This document shows, piece after piece, positions 51,706 to 61,448 of a stretch of DNA of 64,000 bases (position 1 is its first letter; each line of letters opens with the position of its first letter). This DNA is from an uncultured Actinomycetes bacterium (GTDB lineage: Bacteria; Actinomycetota; Thermoleophilia; UBA2241): assembly GCA_963755025.1 (NCBI GenBank), contig CAVWIH010000020.1, positions 32,001-96,000 on the forward strand, read 5' to 3'. Position numbers and translations under genes: made by a program. The notes beneath the pieces were generated by a model. The model did no database searches. It was not told the DNA's origin and was given only the letters and a program-made list of their open reading frames with translations.

Positions 51706-52538
51706 GGCCGCGGCGCGGCGTCGTCGGCGGCGCGGCTCGCCCTGAGCGAGAACAGGAAGGGCACGTCGCGGCGGCCGCCGGGCAGGTAGTACCAGCCGTC
51801 GGGCGCGCGCTTCATGGAGCGGCTGAACGGCACCACCGAGCAGGGGAACTCGTGCAGGTACTCAAGGCGCAGGCCGGCGCCGAGCAGCGCGTTTATGATC
51901 TCGGCGAAGCTGTGGGTCCAGCCGTAGGCGACGTTGTGCTCGATGGGCGCGTCGGGCTCGGCATACGAGCCGTGAATGCGCAGGCGCTGCGGCTTGTGCG
52001 CCGGAAAGTAGGGCCCCACGACGCGCAGCTCGGGGTGGGCGTCCAGGTCGTCGAGGGTGCGCGCCAGCGGGTGCAGCTCGACCATGTAGAAGGTGCCTCC
52101 CGGCGCCAGAAAGTGGACGATGGTGCGCGCCCAGGCGCTCAGGTCGGCGAGCCACTCGATGGCGCCGTACGATGTGAAGACGATGTCAAAGGCGCCGCTC
52201 AGATTGGCCGGCAGGTCGTCGACGGTCGACTGTACGAAGGTGGCCGGCAGGGCGAGCTCGCTCGCCAGCGACCGGGCGAGCGTGACGGCGCGCTCCGAGA
52301 AGTCGACGCCGGTGACGGTCGCCCCGAGGCGCGCCCACGACAGGGTGTCGAGGCCAAAGTGGCACTGCAGGTGCAGCAGGCGCTTGCCGGCCACGTCGCC
52401 GAGCTCGTCGACCTCGATCGAGTGCAGCGACGACTTGCCCGCGCGAAAACCTTTGAGGTCGTAGAAGGCCGAGGTCTCGTGGATCTCGGTCCACTCGTTC
52501 CACAGACCGAGGTTCGCCTTGAGGAACTCGTCGAGCAC
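51702..52538 (-). CDS. Class I SAM-dependent methyltransferase (paralogue)
   Basis: LLHLQCHFGLDTL, FDIVFTSYG, ELHP. Confidence 0.85.
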   Translation of the reverse strand: MLDEFLKANLGLWNEWTEIHETSAFYDLKGFRAGKSSLHSIEVDELGDVAGKRLLHLQCHFGLDTLSWARLGATVTGVDFSERAVTLARSLASELALPATFVQSTVDDLPANLSGAFDIVFTSYGAIEWLADLSAWARTIVHFLAPGGTFYMVELHPLARTLDDLDAHPELRVVGPYFPAHKPQRLRIHGSYAEPDAPIEHNVAYGWTHSFAEIINALLGAGLRLEYLHEFPCSVVPFSRSMKRAPDGWYYLPGGRRDVPFLFSLRASRAADDAAPRP

Positions 52539-52544
52539 GACGCC

Positions 52545-53265
52545 TCAGACCCGCTCGAGCGCGAAGTCGCCGTCGCGGGCGCCGAGCGCGAAGCTCACGG
52601 CGCACACGGGGCAGCGCACCGCGGCGCCGTCGGCAGGTTCGGCGCCGAAGTCGAGCTCCCAGCCGCAGATGGGGCAGTAGAGGACGACCGCTTCGTGGCC
52701 CAGGTTCAGGCGCTCGATGGCGCGCTCCAAGCCGCGGCGGTGCCCGGTCTCGGCGCGCACGAGGCCGCGCATGAACTCCTTGAGGCGCGGGTCGGTGAGT
52801 TGCTTGACGTTCGCCGCGTAGGTCGCGACGGCGTGGCGCTCGAACTCGAGGTCGGACGCGAGGGTGGCGAGCGTGCGGACGTAGCCGCGCTCGCGCAGCG
52901 GCGCGGTGGGGGAGGGTTGGGCGAACGGCGTCGAGAGGTCGGCGGTCGCGGCGGGGTCGGCGAGGTCGGCGGTGGCGCGGCGGGCGCGGCGCTCGCAGGA
53001 CCGGCGGGAGCGCCTCGGCGGCGGTGGCGCCGGGCGCGGCGGAGCCCATGACGCCGGGCGAATCGGTGTCGGCAGCGCCGAGCGCCACGAGCTCGGCGAC
53101 GATGCGCTCGTGGTGGTCGGCCTCGTTGCGGCGCAGCCCCTCCCAATACGCGCACATCCGCGGGTCGCACGCCGAGAGCTGGTGTTCGGCGTAACGACGC
53201 GTTGCGGCGCGCTCCAGCTCGAGCGTCTCGCGCAGTATGCGGATCGTGTCGGAAGCGTCAGTCAT
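52545..53265 (-). CDS. Ferritin-like di-iron protein with C-terminal zinc ribbon (frameshift near 52990)
   Basis: Two E..(Y)..ExxH halves (ELERAA..Y..NEADH; EFERHA..Y..AETGH) and CPIC..CPVC. Confidence 0.65.
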
Positions 53266-53605
53266 GGTAGAGGAGGGCGGCGAGCGGGCCGCCATCTGCG
53301 GGAAATTGTACGAACGTGGGCGGCGGGGCGTCAACGAGGGCGAGGGATAAGAGACAGGCGAGGGCGAAACGTCGCAAAGTGTGACATCCGGTCCCCGCTC
53401 GCCCCCGCGGTACGCGGCGGCTCGCCTACCCACCGAGGGTCGTCGTCAGGGTGGCAGATACGGAAGGGTCGCCGCTCGGCTCCTCCGGAATGGTGTCACG
53501 ACCACGTCGGTCAGCTTCCCCCCTCGGACGACCTGTTCTGCGTCGCATCCGATTGCGATAGCATCTAGCATCGGGCCGCATGGCTCACGATGGGGGGCGG
53601 CGCAG

Positions 53606-54181
53606 GTGACTAAGAGGTCAACCCTCGCGACGATTCTTGCAGTCATAGCTCTGCAGGCGAGCGCTTTTGCTGTGGGACGCGTCGATGCGTACCTCGCTCT
53701 CTCTGCCCTTGCGGTGCTTGTGTTGTGGGTGCGGTTGCTTGCCGCCGCATGGGCCGCTCGCACGATTCCGATCACTGGGGGCGAGGCTCTCGCAACGACA
53801 AGGTCGCGCTTCTTCGGCAAGCTTATCGACTGCGTCGCTTGGTACCCGGCACTGCTCCTGATCGCGGCACTTCCGCAGCACCTGGCCTGGCCCGCCTTCT
53901 GGGTCTACACGGTTGCGTATTTCTGGCTCGCTCTGGGTCTCATGGAAGGTCTGACGGGAACCTGCCCTGGCAAGCTCGTGCTCGGCATGGAAGTACATCG
54001 GACAGACGGCTCTCCCCGTACTCTCGGAAGCGCGCTCCTGCGCAATGTGATACCGCTCTGGCTCTTCTGGCCGGCCGTCGTTGAAAGCGTGATCATGCAC
54101 CACACCGCACGGCGGCAGCGGGGCGCAGACCTGATGGCCCATACAGTGGTGGCGGCGATAGGTCCACACCGCCCCAGGTAG
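53606..54181 (+). CDS. RDD family membrane protein
   Basis: RFFGKLID, GTCPGKLVLGMEV, ALLRN, RQRGADLMAHTVV; lower GC than the flanks. Confidence 0.7.
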   Translation: MTKRSTLATILAVIALQASAFAVGRVDAYLALSALAVLVLWVRLLAAAWAARTIPITGGEALATTRSRFFGKLIDCVAWYPALLLIAALPQHLAWPAFWVYTVAYFWLALGLMEGLTGTCPGKLVLGMEVHRTDGSPRTLGSALLRNVIPLWLFWPAVVESVIMHHTARRQRGADLMAHTVVAAIGPHRPR

Positions 54182-54333
54182 TCAGATGGCTGCTGGCGGG
54201 TCAGCCGATGTGGTCGTCCCCCCGATTTGAGTACAGCCTGATCTGGTGGGGTCTCCTGGGAACAAGGTGACCGGTGGGCCTGCGGCCGGGGCGGCCGGCG
54301 GGGCGAGGACGCTCGAAGGCTTTCGGCGACCCC

Positions 54334-54843
54334 CTAAGGACTCGCCGGCGAGTGGCTGAACACGACGCCGTCGTGAGTGCCGGGGTCACTCTGAACGAGC
54401 GGGCTGCCGAAGAATCGCTGCGCCACCGCCAGCACATCGTCGCGCGACCTCACGACGATCTCGAAGGACGTCGGCAGGGGATCGCTCCGTACCCAGACGA
54501 GGTCACCGCGTCGCTCCAGCCACCGCATCGTCGTGAGATGCTTGGAGACGAAGGCGAACTCCTGGACGCCGGGTGTCCGGGCTATCTGGTCGGCCAGCTG
54601 AGCGCGTTGCTCGGGTTTCACGGTGCCCTTCAAGAAGACCGAGACGATGCGCGCCTGGAGGGCCGAACCGATCGCCGGATCGGGAAGTGAAGTGGCGGCG
54701 ACGGAGGGCGCGATTTGCGGGGTCGGCGACGACTTCGCCGCGGTCTGCCCGCCGCAGCCGGCGACAAGAGCAAACGACAACCACGTCGAGAGCAGCGCGA
54801 CCAGCAGCACGTGCCCGTGAGCAGACTCGGCCCGGTTCGACAT
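54334..54843 (-). CDS. Lipoprotein with FtsX extracellular-domain-like fold
   Basis: Lipobox LVAGC; IVSVFLK..PGVQEFAFVSK..DPLPTSFEI. Confidence 0.55.
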   Translation of the reverse strand: MSNRAESAHGHVLLVALLSTWLSFALVAGCGGQTAAKSSPTPQIAPSVAATSLPDPAIGSALQARIVSVFLKGTVKPEQRAQLADQIARTPGVQEFAFVSKHLTTMRWLERRGDLVWVRSDPLPTSFEIVVRSRDDVLAVAQRFFGSPLVQSDPGTHDGVVFSHSPASP

Positions 54844-54908
54844 GACCACACCCTACCAGACGCGCTCCGACTCGCTCCAGTTCAGCGGTCGAGCCCGGAC
54901 TTGCGACC

Positions 54909-55979
54909 TCAGGACGGCCCCTTGGTCGATGTGGCCGGCCCGGCTTCGTCGCCTTGCGCCAGCCAGGGCGGGTAGAGGTCGCGCGTCGTCTGGCGGCGCG
55001 CGCCGGCCAGCGCTGCCTGGCGCGCGGCGTGTCCCTTGCGGATCGTCAGGCGCGCGTGTACGTACTCCCACACGGCGTGGGCGGCCGCCAGGGCGCAGAC
55101 CGCCGCCGGCAGCAGGGCGGCCGCGCCGAGCACCGCGGCAAGAACGACGAACGGGACCAGGTGGGCTGGACGACCCCGGCCGTCCAGGGCAAAGCTCATG
55201 AACAGCCAGACTCCGGCCATGCCGGCGATCAAGAGGAGGGGGTACAGCCAGAACAACAGGACCGAGTGGCTGACACGCACCTGGCTCGCCGGCAGGATCG
55301 AGATGAGGGACGACACCAGCAAGGCTGCCGCCCAGAAGAAGCCGTCGACCACGGCGACGACGCGCAGGTAGGCGAGAAGCCGCCTGAAGTCGGGCTGAGC
55401 GCCGTCGAGCAGCCGCCAGCAGGCGGCGAGCGCCAGGCCGGCGACGGTCAACAGGCGCACGTCGACGCCCCGCAAGAAGCCCATCAACACACCGAGCGTG
55501 CCGGCCGGCACGACGATCAGCAGCCAGCCGCGCGCCCCACGCACCGCGGGCGCCGGCTCCTCGCTGCCGGCGATCTCGACGTAGCGATCGCCGATGACGC
55601 GCCCGGGAGCGTAGAGCGCGGCCGCGAGACCGCCCTCGACGTCGTCCCTCCCCAACGCCGGCGGCTGGTGCCCGGCCTTGCGCACGCAGACACGGACGGG
55701 GCGCCGCCACGCACCGCGTGCACCCCTGCGGGCGAAGATCGAGTAGTAGACGTCGTGGTCGCGCGCGGCGTGCCCGTCGAGGATCTGGCCGCCGCTGCCT
55801 TCGTAGATCAGGTCCTGGGACCACTCGCCGGTGAGGTGCGACTCGGGCGAGTCGCAGAAGCACTCGGTCGAACGCAGCACCCGCACCTGCGCGGCCCGGC
55901 CCGCCCAACGCCACCCCAGGTGGACGGAGGCGTCGTAGCAGCTCACCTTCAGTTCGCGCAGCACCGGAACCCGCGACAC
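54909..55979 (-). CDS. Hypothetical membrane protein
   Basis: GGAGG RBS; N-terminal soluble domain followed by about 6 TM helices. Confidence 0.55.
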   Translation of the reverse strand: MSRVPVLRELKVSCYDASVHLGWRWAGRAAQVRVLRSTECFCDSPESHLTGEWSQDLIYEGSGGQILDGHAARDHDVYYSIFARRGARGAWRRPVRVCVRKAGHQPPALGRDDVEGGLAAALYAPGRVIGDRYVEIAGSEEPAPAVRGARGWLLIVVPAGTLGVLMGFLRGVDVRLLTVAGLALAACWRLLDGAQPDFRRLLAYLRVVAVVDGFFWAAALLVSSLISILPASQVRVSHSVLLFWLYPLLLIAGMAGVWLFMSFALDGRGRPAHLVPFVVLAAVLGAAALLPAAVCALAAAHAVWEYVHARLTIRKGHAARQAALAGARRQTTRDLYPPWLAQGDEAGPATSTKGPS

Positions 55980-56093
55980 CTCGACCTCCCCCAGCGGGCG
56001 ACGTTACTGGATTCTACGTCTCCTGGGCGCCTTTTGCTCGGAGGGGCAGACCCCCCGCGGGGATGGGCTGTCAACGACCGCTAGCCCTCCCGA

Positions 56094-57473
56094 CTAGCCC
56101 ACTCGCTGCGTCGGCGAGAACGTCTGCACGATCTGCTCGAGCATCGGTTCTATGGCGTTCCAGTCGCGGACGAGCGACCCGGCGAAGATCGCGAAGTCGC
56201 GGCCCCCGTTTTCGAGCGCACTCATGGCGAAGCGGTCGATCCCCGAGACGTAGGTCGTGCGCCGTGCCGGGAGTCCGTTGACCGTGACCCGTTCGCTTTC
56301 GTGCTCCAGCTCGCAGTCTATCCACGCCGCATGCATCACGCCGGGCACGATGGCGGCCAGGCTGGTCAGCCGCCCCGATTCGTCGGTGGTCGTGGAAGAC
56401 CGCAGCTTCGCGACGTACACGGCGACCATGGGGGCCGTGGCGTCGGCGACGCTGCCGATGGCCGCAGCGTCCCTGTCGCCGAACAGGACCGACCAAACGC
56501 CGTGTCCATGCCCCTCGCCGAGGACCACGGAGTCGGCGGGCAGCGTCAGGCTGAAGCTGTGGCGCGGGTCGCGATACGTGACGAACCCGGGGTCCGCCGC
56601 CGGCGCGATGACCCGGTACGTTCCCGACTTCTGCTCGAGGCCGGGATGCCGCAAGGACTGGTGCGCCCGCCGGTCGGCAAGCCAGGCCACCTTCGCGTCG
56701 ATCAGCGCGTGCCAGACGCGCTCGTCGGCCGAGTGGCGCAGGGCGCCCATGACGAACGAGCGAGAGCGCGGCTGGTCGAGGAGGGCAAGGAGAGCGTCGA
56801 CCCCCGGCTGGCCGCACGCGGACAGGAGCTTCGCGAGCCAGCGACACAGGTCGGGCGATCGCGACTTCCGGAGCATCTCGCCGACCTGCTGTGCGTGGCC
56901 GGGGGTGGGATCGCGTGCGAGCAGCTCGGCCTGGGCCCTTACCGCCAGCTCGTTCTTATCGCGCTCCGTGCGGAGGCCCCGGCCGGCCTGGCGTCGTCGC
57001 GAGCCTTGCCGTTCGTCGTCAAACGTCTCCCTGCGGGCCTCGCCTGGCCGCCGCTCGGTCGGCGGCGGCTCGCCCCGCGCCGCCAGCCGCGCCTTGCGCC
57101 GCGCGATGAGCTGGGCATGGTGAACCTCGCGCCACAGCGGCTGCTGTTGCTCGAACGCCTGCACGGCTTGGGTAGCGCGCGGTTCGTCGAGCGAGGCCAG
57201 CGCCTGTTTGGCAAAGGGTCGCGTGTTGATGTCCTCAAGGAGCTGGACGAGGGCCTCGAACCCCGGGTCGCCGCACCGGGCGAGCGCCGCGGCTGCGGCC
57301 TCGTTGACGGCGCCGGAGTAGCGGTCGTGAAAGTAGGCGACGAGCGCGCTCGCCGCCTCGGTGTCGCCGAGGTCGCCGAGAGCCTGCGCCGCCGCGATCC
57401 TGTCGCTCTCGTGTTTACTGCACAGCAGCGTCGTGCGGAGCGTCGGGAACTCTCTGGCCATCTCCCTGCCCAT
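56094..57473 (-). CDS. HEAT/PBS-lyase repeat protein with PsbP-like C-terminal region
   Basis: RIAAAQALGDLGD..., AAAALARCGDPGFEAL repeats; start uncertain. Confidence 0.55.
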   Translation of the reverse strand: MGREMAREFPTLRTTLLCSKHESDRIAAAQALGDLGDTEAASALVAYFHDRYSGAVNEAAAAALARCGDPGFEALVQLLEDINTRPFAKQALASLDEPRATQAVQAFEQQQPLWREVHHAQLIARRKARLAARGEPPPTERRPGEARRETFDDERQGSRRRQAGRGLRTERDKNELAVRAQAELLARDPTPGHAQQVGEMLRKSRSPDLCRWLAKLLSACGQPGVDALLALLDQPRSRSFVMGALRHSADERVWHALIDAKVAWLADRRAHQSLRHPGLEQKSGTYRVIAPAADPGFVTYRDPRHSFSLTLPADSVVLGEGHGHGVWSVLFGDRDAAAIGSVADATAPMVAVYVAKLRSSTTTDESGRLTSLAAIVPGVMHAAWIDCELEHESERVTVNGLPARRTTYVSGIDRFAMSALENGGRDFAIFAGSLVRDWNAIEPMLEQIVQTFSPTQRVG

Positions 57474-58152
57474 GACGTTCGTACGGTTCCCGGTGGAGTC
57501 TACATCGGCCCCCGTCCTGCCGCGCCGGCTCGTCGTGCTGTGCCGACTCCTCTTGCTCAGCCGTCTCGATGAGCGCGCGCACCAGACAGCCGATCATGAA
57601 GGCGAGGCACTCGAACTCGAGGAACTCGATGGCCGTCCTGTCCAGCATGATCTGCACGCCGACCGGAAAGTCGTCGTCGGCCTCTTCGAAGGCAAGCTTG
57701 ACCGGGATCTTCGGAAGCACCGCGAATTTCCACAGATGAGAGCCCGCGCGCGACGCCTCTTCGACGCCGCCCAGCCTCGTCGCTGCCGCGCTGAACGCGC
57801 CGTAGCCATCGGCGAAGTATCGCTCGAGCGGATCGCTCATCAGCCGGCTCTGCGCCCCGAGCATGCCGACCATCCGGGGCAGGGCCTCGACTAAGACGTA
57901 GGAACCTTCTGGGTCGCCGCGTCCTGTGGAGAACAGGTAGTAGAGCAGGACGCTCAACGTGTTGACGTTGGTCGGTCGGCCGTCGTCGCACTGCACGCCG
58001 TCGCGAGTGATGCGATACGGCCTGCCCAGAAAGGTCAGGCGAACGCTGCCCTCGACGTGATCAAGGCCCAGGCGGCCGGCGGCCTCGCGAAAGTCGCACT
58101 CGGGCAGCCGGGCGACCAGCCCGCGGTAGATCGAGTCGTAGCCTCCGTGCAC
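57415..58152 (-). CDS. DUF3786-like protein
   Basis: AAGRLG, FLGRPYRI, VLPKIPVKL.F..ADDDFP, LEFECL. Confidence 0.7.
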   Translation of the reverse strand: MHGGYDSIYRGLVARLPECDFREAAGRLGLDHVEGSVRLTFLGRPYRITRDGVQCDDGRPTNVNTLSVLLYYLFSTGRGDPEGSYVLVEALPRMVGMLGAQSRLMSDPLERYFADGYGAFSAAATRLGGVEEASRAGSHLWKFAVLPKIPVKLAFEEADDDFPVGVQIMLDRTAIEFLEFECLAFMIGCLVRALIETAEQEESAQHDEPARQDGGRCRLHREPYERHGQGDGQRVPDAPHDAAVQ

Positions 58153-58361
58153 AGCGCGTCCCTCCCGGTCCGGCGCTCCTGTGCTCGAGGAGTGGAGCGC
58201 CGCCCAACGTCCGGGCGTCGAACCGCGCCCGCTGGCTGTTGAGCATAGCGCAGAGGGCGGCGCGGGCGCTGCTGCGCAGTGCGCTGCGAGGCGGCGGCGC
58301 GGTCAAGGGCCGCCGCCGGGCTGCCGGTGAGCGAGGCGACCACCCCGATCGGAGCCCTTGC

Positions 58362-59533
58362 GTGAAACGCCTGCTCAAAAGCCGGCTCAGCGCCCTTGCC
58401 CTGCCGTGCGCGGCCTTGCTCTGCGCGGTCCTGCTCTGCGCGGTCCTGGTGGTCGGCTGCGGGTCGAGCGGTCGCCGGGTCGATCCCTACGGCGCGCTGC
58501 AGACTCCGGGGCCGCCGCCGGCGGCGCGCAGCGGCGCCCAGGTGTGGGCGGTCGGCATGCCGGTGCTCGTGGTCGCGAGCGCCGACGGCGGCGCGACGTG
58601 GCGCACCGCTGGGGCGTCGACGCACGGCGATCCCTTCACGCAGATCCTCTACGCTGTGGCCTTCGCCGACTCGCGACATGGCTGGGCGGTGGGCAAGGCC
58701 GGACTCGTCGTGGCGAGCTCCGACGGCGGCGCGCACTGGGCCGTGCGCCACCGCGACGCGGCCGACGTCTGCCTGCTGGGCGTGGTAGCGATCAGCGGGC
58801 GCAGCGCTCAGGCGGTGGGCTACGCGCGCGACGGGGCGCTGGGCATCGTCGAGTCCACGAGCGATGCCGGCAAGACGTGGCAGACGCGCTACGCCGGTCG
58901 CGACGCGCTGCGCGCCGTCGCCTTTGCCGACGCTCGTCACGGCTGGGCGGTGGGCAGCACCGGCATCCTGGCGACGACCGACGGCGGCGCCCACTGGCGC
59001 CTGCAGCGCGCGGTCTCGGGCATGTACCGCTTCAGCGCCGTGACCTTCGCCGACGCCCGCCACGGCTGGGCTGTGGGCGGCGCCGGCGCCGGGCCCTTGA
59101 AGCCGGGGTTCATCATGACGACGACCGACGGCGGCGCCCACTGGTCGACGTTCATGCCGGGCACGCCCGATCGCCTGAACGGCGTGTCGTTCGTCGGCGC
59201 GCGGCGCGGCTGGGTGGTCGGGCAACCGCGGCGTGGTCTACCACACGACCGATGGCGGCCGTTCGTGGGTGCTCGGGCACGTCGACGTCGACTGGGAAGC
59301 TCGGCGCCGTCACGTTCAGCGACGCGCGGCACGGCTGGGCGATCGTGCACCCTCACTGGGACCTGGAGGCGGCCTCGTCGGGCGACTCCGCACGAGGCTG
59401 GGGGCTGCAGCGTCAGCTCGACCTGCTCGCCACGAGCGACGGCGGCGCCACCTGGACGGCGGTCAAGACGGTCGACGGCCTGGCGTCTCCGGTGATCCTG
59501 ACCGCGGTCACGTGCCGCGACCTCTCCAGGTAG
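58362..59533 (+). CDS. YCF48/BNR-repeat beta-propeller lipoprotein (frameshifts near 59222 and 59295)
   Basis: Lipobox VVGC; repeated (S/T)xDGGxxW and FADARHGWAVG. Confidence 0.75.
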
Positions 59534-59565
59534 GACGCTCGCGCAGACAGGCGGCGCCCCCGAAA

Positions 59566-59655
59566 GCCGCGGGAGGCCCTTCGCGCAGGCCGGGAGCGGC
59601 GCTCACGAGAGCCGCGGGAGGCGCTTCGCGCAGGCCGGGAGCGGCGCTCACGAGA
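59566..59655. repeat. 45-bp direct duplication
   Basis: GCCGCGGGAGGC(C/G)CTTCGCGCAGGCCGGGAGCGGCGCTCACGAGA, two copies. Confidence 0.8.
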
Positions 59656-59669
59656 GCGAGGGCCCGCGC

Positions 59670-60218
59670 TCACGAAAGCCGCAGACGGCCCTCCGGACAC
59701 CAGCGCCGCGCCAGGCAATGGGGACAGACCGCCTTGCTGACGAGCACTCGTCGCACCAGGATCAGCACGGCGACCAGCGCCGTGAGCAGCGCGGCCGTTG
59801 CCGAGAAAGACAACACGAGGCCGGGCACGACCAGCGGCAGCGGCGCCAGCCACGACACCAGTTCGAGCCGCTTCGAGCAGAGCGTTCCCCGCGTGCGCTG
59901 CTGGAACTCGCCGGCGGCCGGCGACTGTTCGCACAGCAGGGCTGAGACCAGGTTGAGGCCGTGAGGGCAGCGGCCGTCGCGCACCGTCCGGTAGACGCAC
60001 CCCGGACACACGACGAGCGGCATGAGCACGTAGTGCTGCGTCATGGCGTAGACCAGATAGGCGAGGCCGACGGGCAGGCCGACGATGGGGAAGCGGCGGT
60101 AGGCGAGCACGATGGCGGCGCAACCGACGAGGTACTGCGCAACGGTCAGGCCGTTGAGCGCGCCGGTCTGCCACAGCGGCATGCGGCGGCGCGGGCGGGT
60201 GGCCTGAGGCTGGGGCAT
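59670..60218 (-). CDS. Cys-rich hypothetical membrane protein
   Basis: 4 TM helices with CPGC..CPHG and CPHC....CP motifs. Confidence 0.6.
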   Translation of the reverse strand: MPQPQATRPRRRMPLWQTGALNGLTVAQYLVGCAAIVLAYRRFPIVGLPVGLAYLVYAMTQHYVLMPLVVCPGCVYRTVRDGRCPHGLNLVSALLCEQSPAAGEFQQRTRGTLCSKRLELVSWLAPLPLVVPGLVLSFSATAALLTALVAVLILVRRVLVSKAVCPHCLARRWCPEGRLRLS

Positions 60219-60661
60219 CGCGGAGGCGCTGGGCGCATGCTGTAGGTCGGGCGCGCCGGGCGGAGGTTGCGAGGCGGGCGCGCCGGAACTGTCGGCGCCG
60301 GTCGGGCTCGGCCTGTCGGCGTTGGGCACAAGGCGCAGCGGGGCGCCGCTTCGTGCTCGCGCCGAACGACGGGCGTCCACCGACCCTCCTTTGCACCGGC
60401 GCGCCAAAGTCGCGCCTGCTCGCAGTGTGCGCCCTGAAGAGCCGCACGGCAACCCGGGCGGGCGATGAACGCGACGGGAGCGGGTGGGGAACGCTCGAAA
60501 GGAGCGGCTCGGGCACGCGTCGGGGCCGGGCGGCGCACACCACCAGGGAGTGGGTGGCACACGCGAGAGGGGCGGGCGGCGCTTCAGCGCCGCCCGCCCC
60601 TCTTTACTTGTCAGCCGATGGCCCCGAGCCGCTTGCGGCTCGGGACATGCAGCGACCCGGG

Positions 60662-61246
60662 TCAGGCTGCCTTGGTCACGTCCTGCTCGGCGGTCGCCGT
60701 CACGCTGCCCGTCGCCCTGTTGACCCGCCGGGCGTGGACGAAGCCCAGCACGGAGAGGACCAGGAGGATGGCTCCGCCGACGAGGCTCACGATCGCGGCG
60801 ATGCCGACGATCATGCCGACGGTGCCGAACGCGTAGGCGTTCAGCAGCAGGCCACGCAGGGTGGTGCCCTGGAACAACGTGGCTTCCTGGGTCTTAAGGG
60901 TGACGTTGGTGGGATCGGCGAGCGCCGCGGAGCTCACCTGTGCGTAGGTCTTGCCGCCGGCGACCTCGCTCAGGTGCACGGCGATGAAATGGTTGGCGTA
61001 GGTCTGCGCCTGAGCGCCGGTGGTGAGTTGCTGGCCGGCGTACTTCTGCATCGCCACGAACTGCGGACCGGCGATCGCCGGGCTACCCTTGGGCGGGAAG
61101 AAGATCTTCTGCGAAGCGAGCTGCGTGTGGACCTGGTTGTCGATGTAGGTATGACCCCAGACCAGGAGGCCACCGGCCGCCAGGAGTACGACGGCGACGA
61201 TCAGACCGGTCCAGCTTATGAAGTAGTCGACGAATCTGCGATCCAT
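60662..61246 (-). CDS. Conserved hypothetical membrane protein
   Basis: QLASQKIFFP, YANHFIAVHL, GGKTYAQ, TLFQGTTLRGLLLNAYAF; AGGAGG RBS. Confidence 0.75.
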   Translation of the reverse strand: MDRRFVDYFISWTGLIVAVVLLAAGGLLVWGHTYIDNQVHTQLASQKIFFPPKGSPAIAGPQFVAMQKYAGQQLTTGAQAQTYANHFIAVHLSEVAGGKTYAQVSSAALADPTNVTLKTQEATLFQGTTLRGLLLNAYAFGTVGMIVGIAAIVSLVGGAILLVLSVLGFVHARRVNRATGSVTATAEQDVTKAA

Positions 61247-61303
61247 GGTGACCCCTCCTGAGTGACGCCGCGGGGCCGTTGCGGCCCCGCGTTGCGGATA
61301 CTT

Positions 61304-61319
61304 TGTGAGGGTTATCACC
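61304..61319. promoter_or_regulatory. CRP/FNR-type operator candidate
   Basis: TGTGA-GGGTTA-TCACC, 1 mismatch to TGTGA-N6-TCACA. Confidence 0.35.
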
Positions 61320-61448
61320 GTGACCGCAGTGTTTTAACCACGTGAACGCGCGATCGCGGCGGGCCGAGAGGGTCGGCACCCCAAGGGAGGGGCCGCGCGG
61401 CTCGACAGTGCCGCGCGGCCCCACATGCGTCGGTGGTGTCCGGGCCGC

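Noticed and set aside
52545-52680. LysW amino-group carrier protein
   Set aside because: It has a similar zinc ribbon but lacks the EDWGE C-terminus, and no lysX/lysZ genes are nearby.
53300-60600. Prophage, integrative element or defence island
   Set aside because: No integrase, transposase, phage structural gene, defence nuclease/ATPase or flanking direct repeat was recognised.
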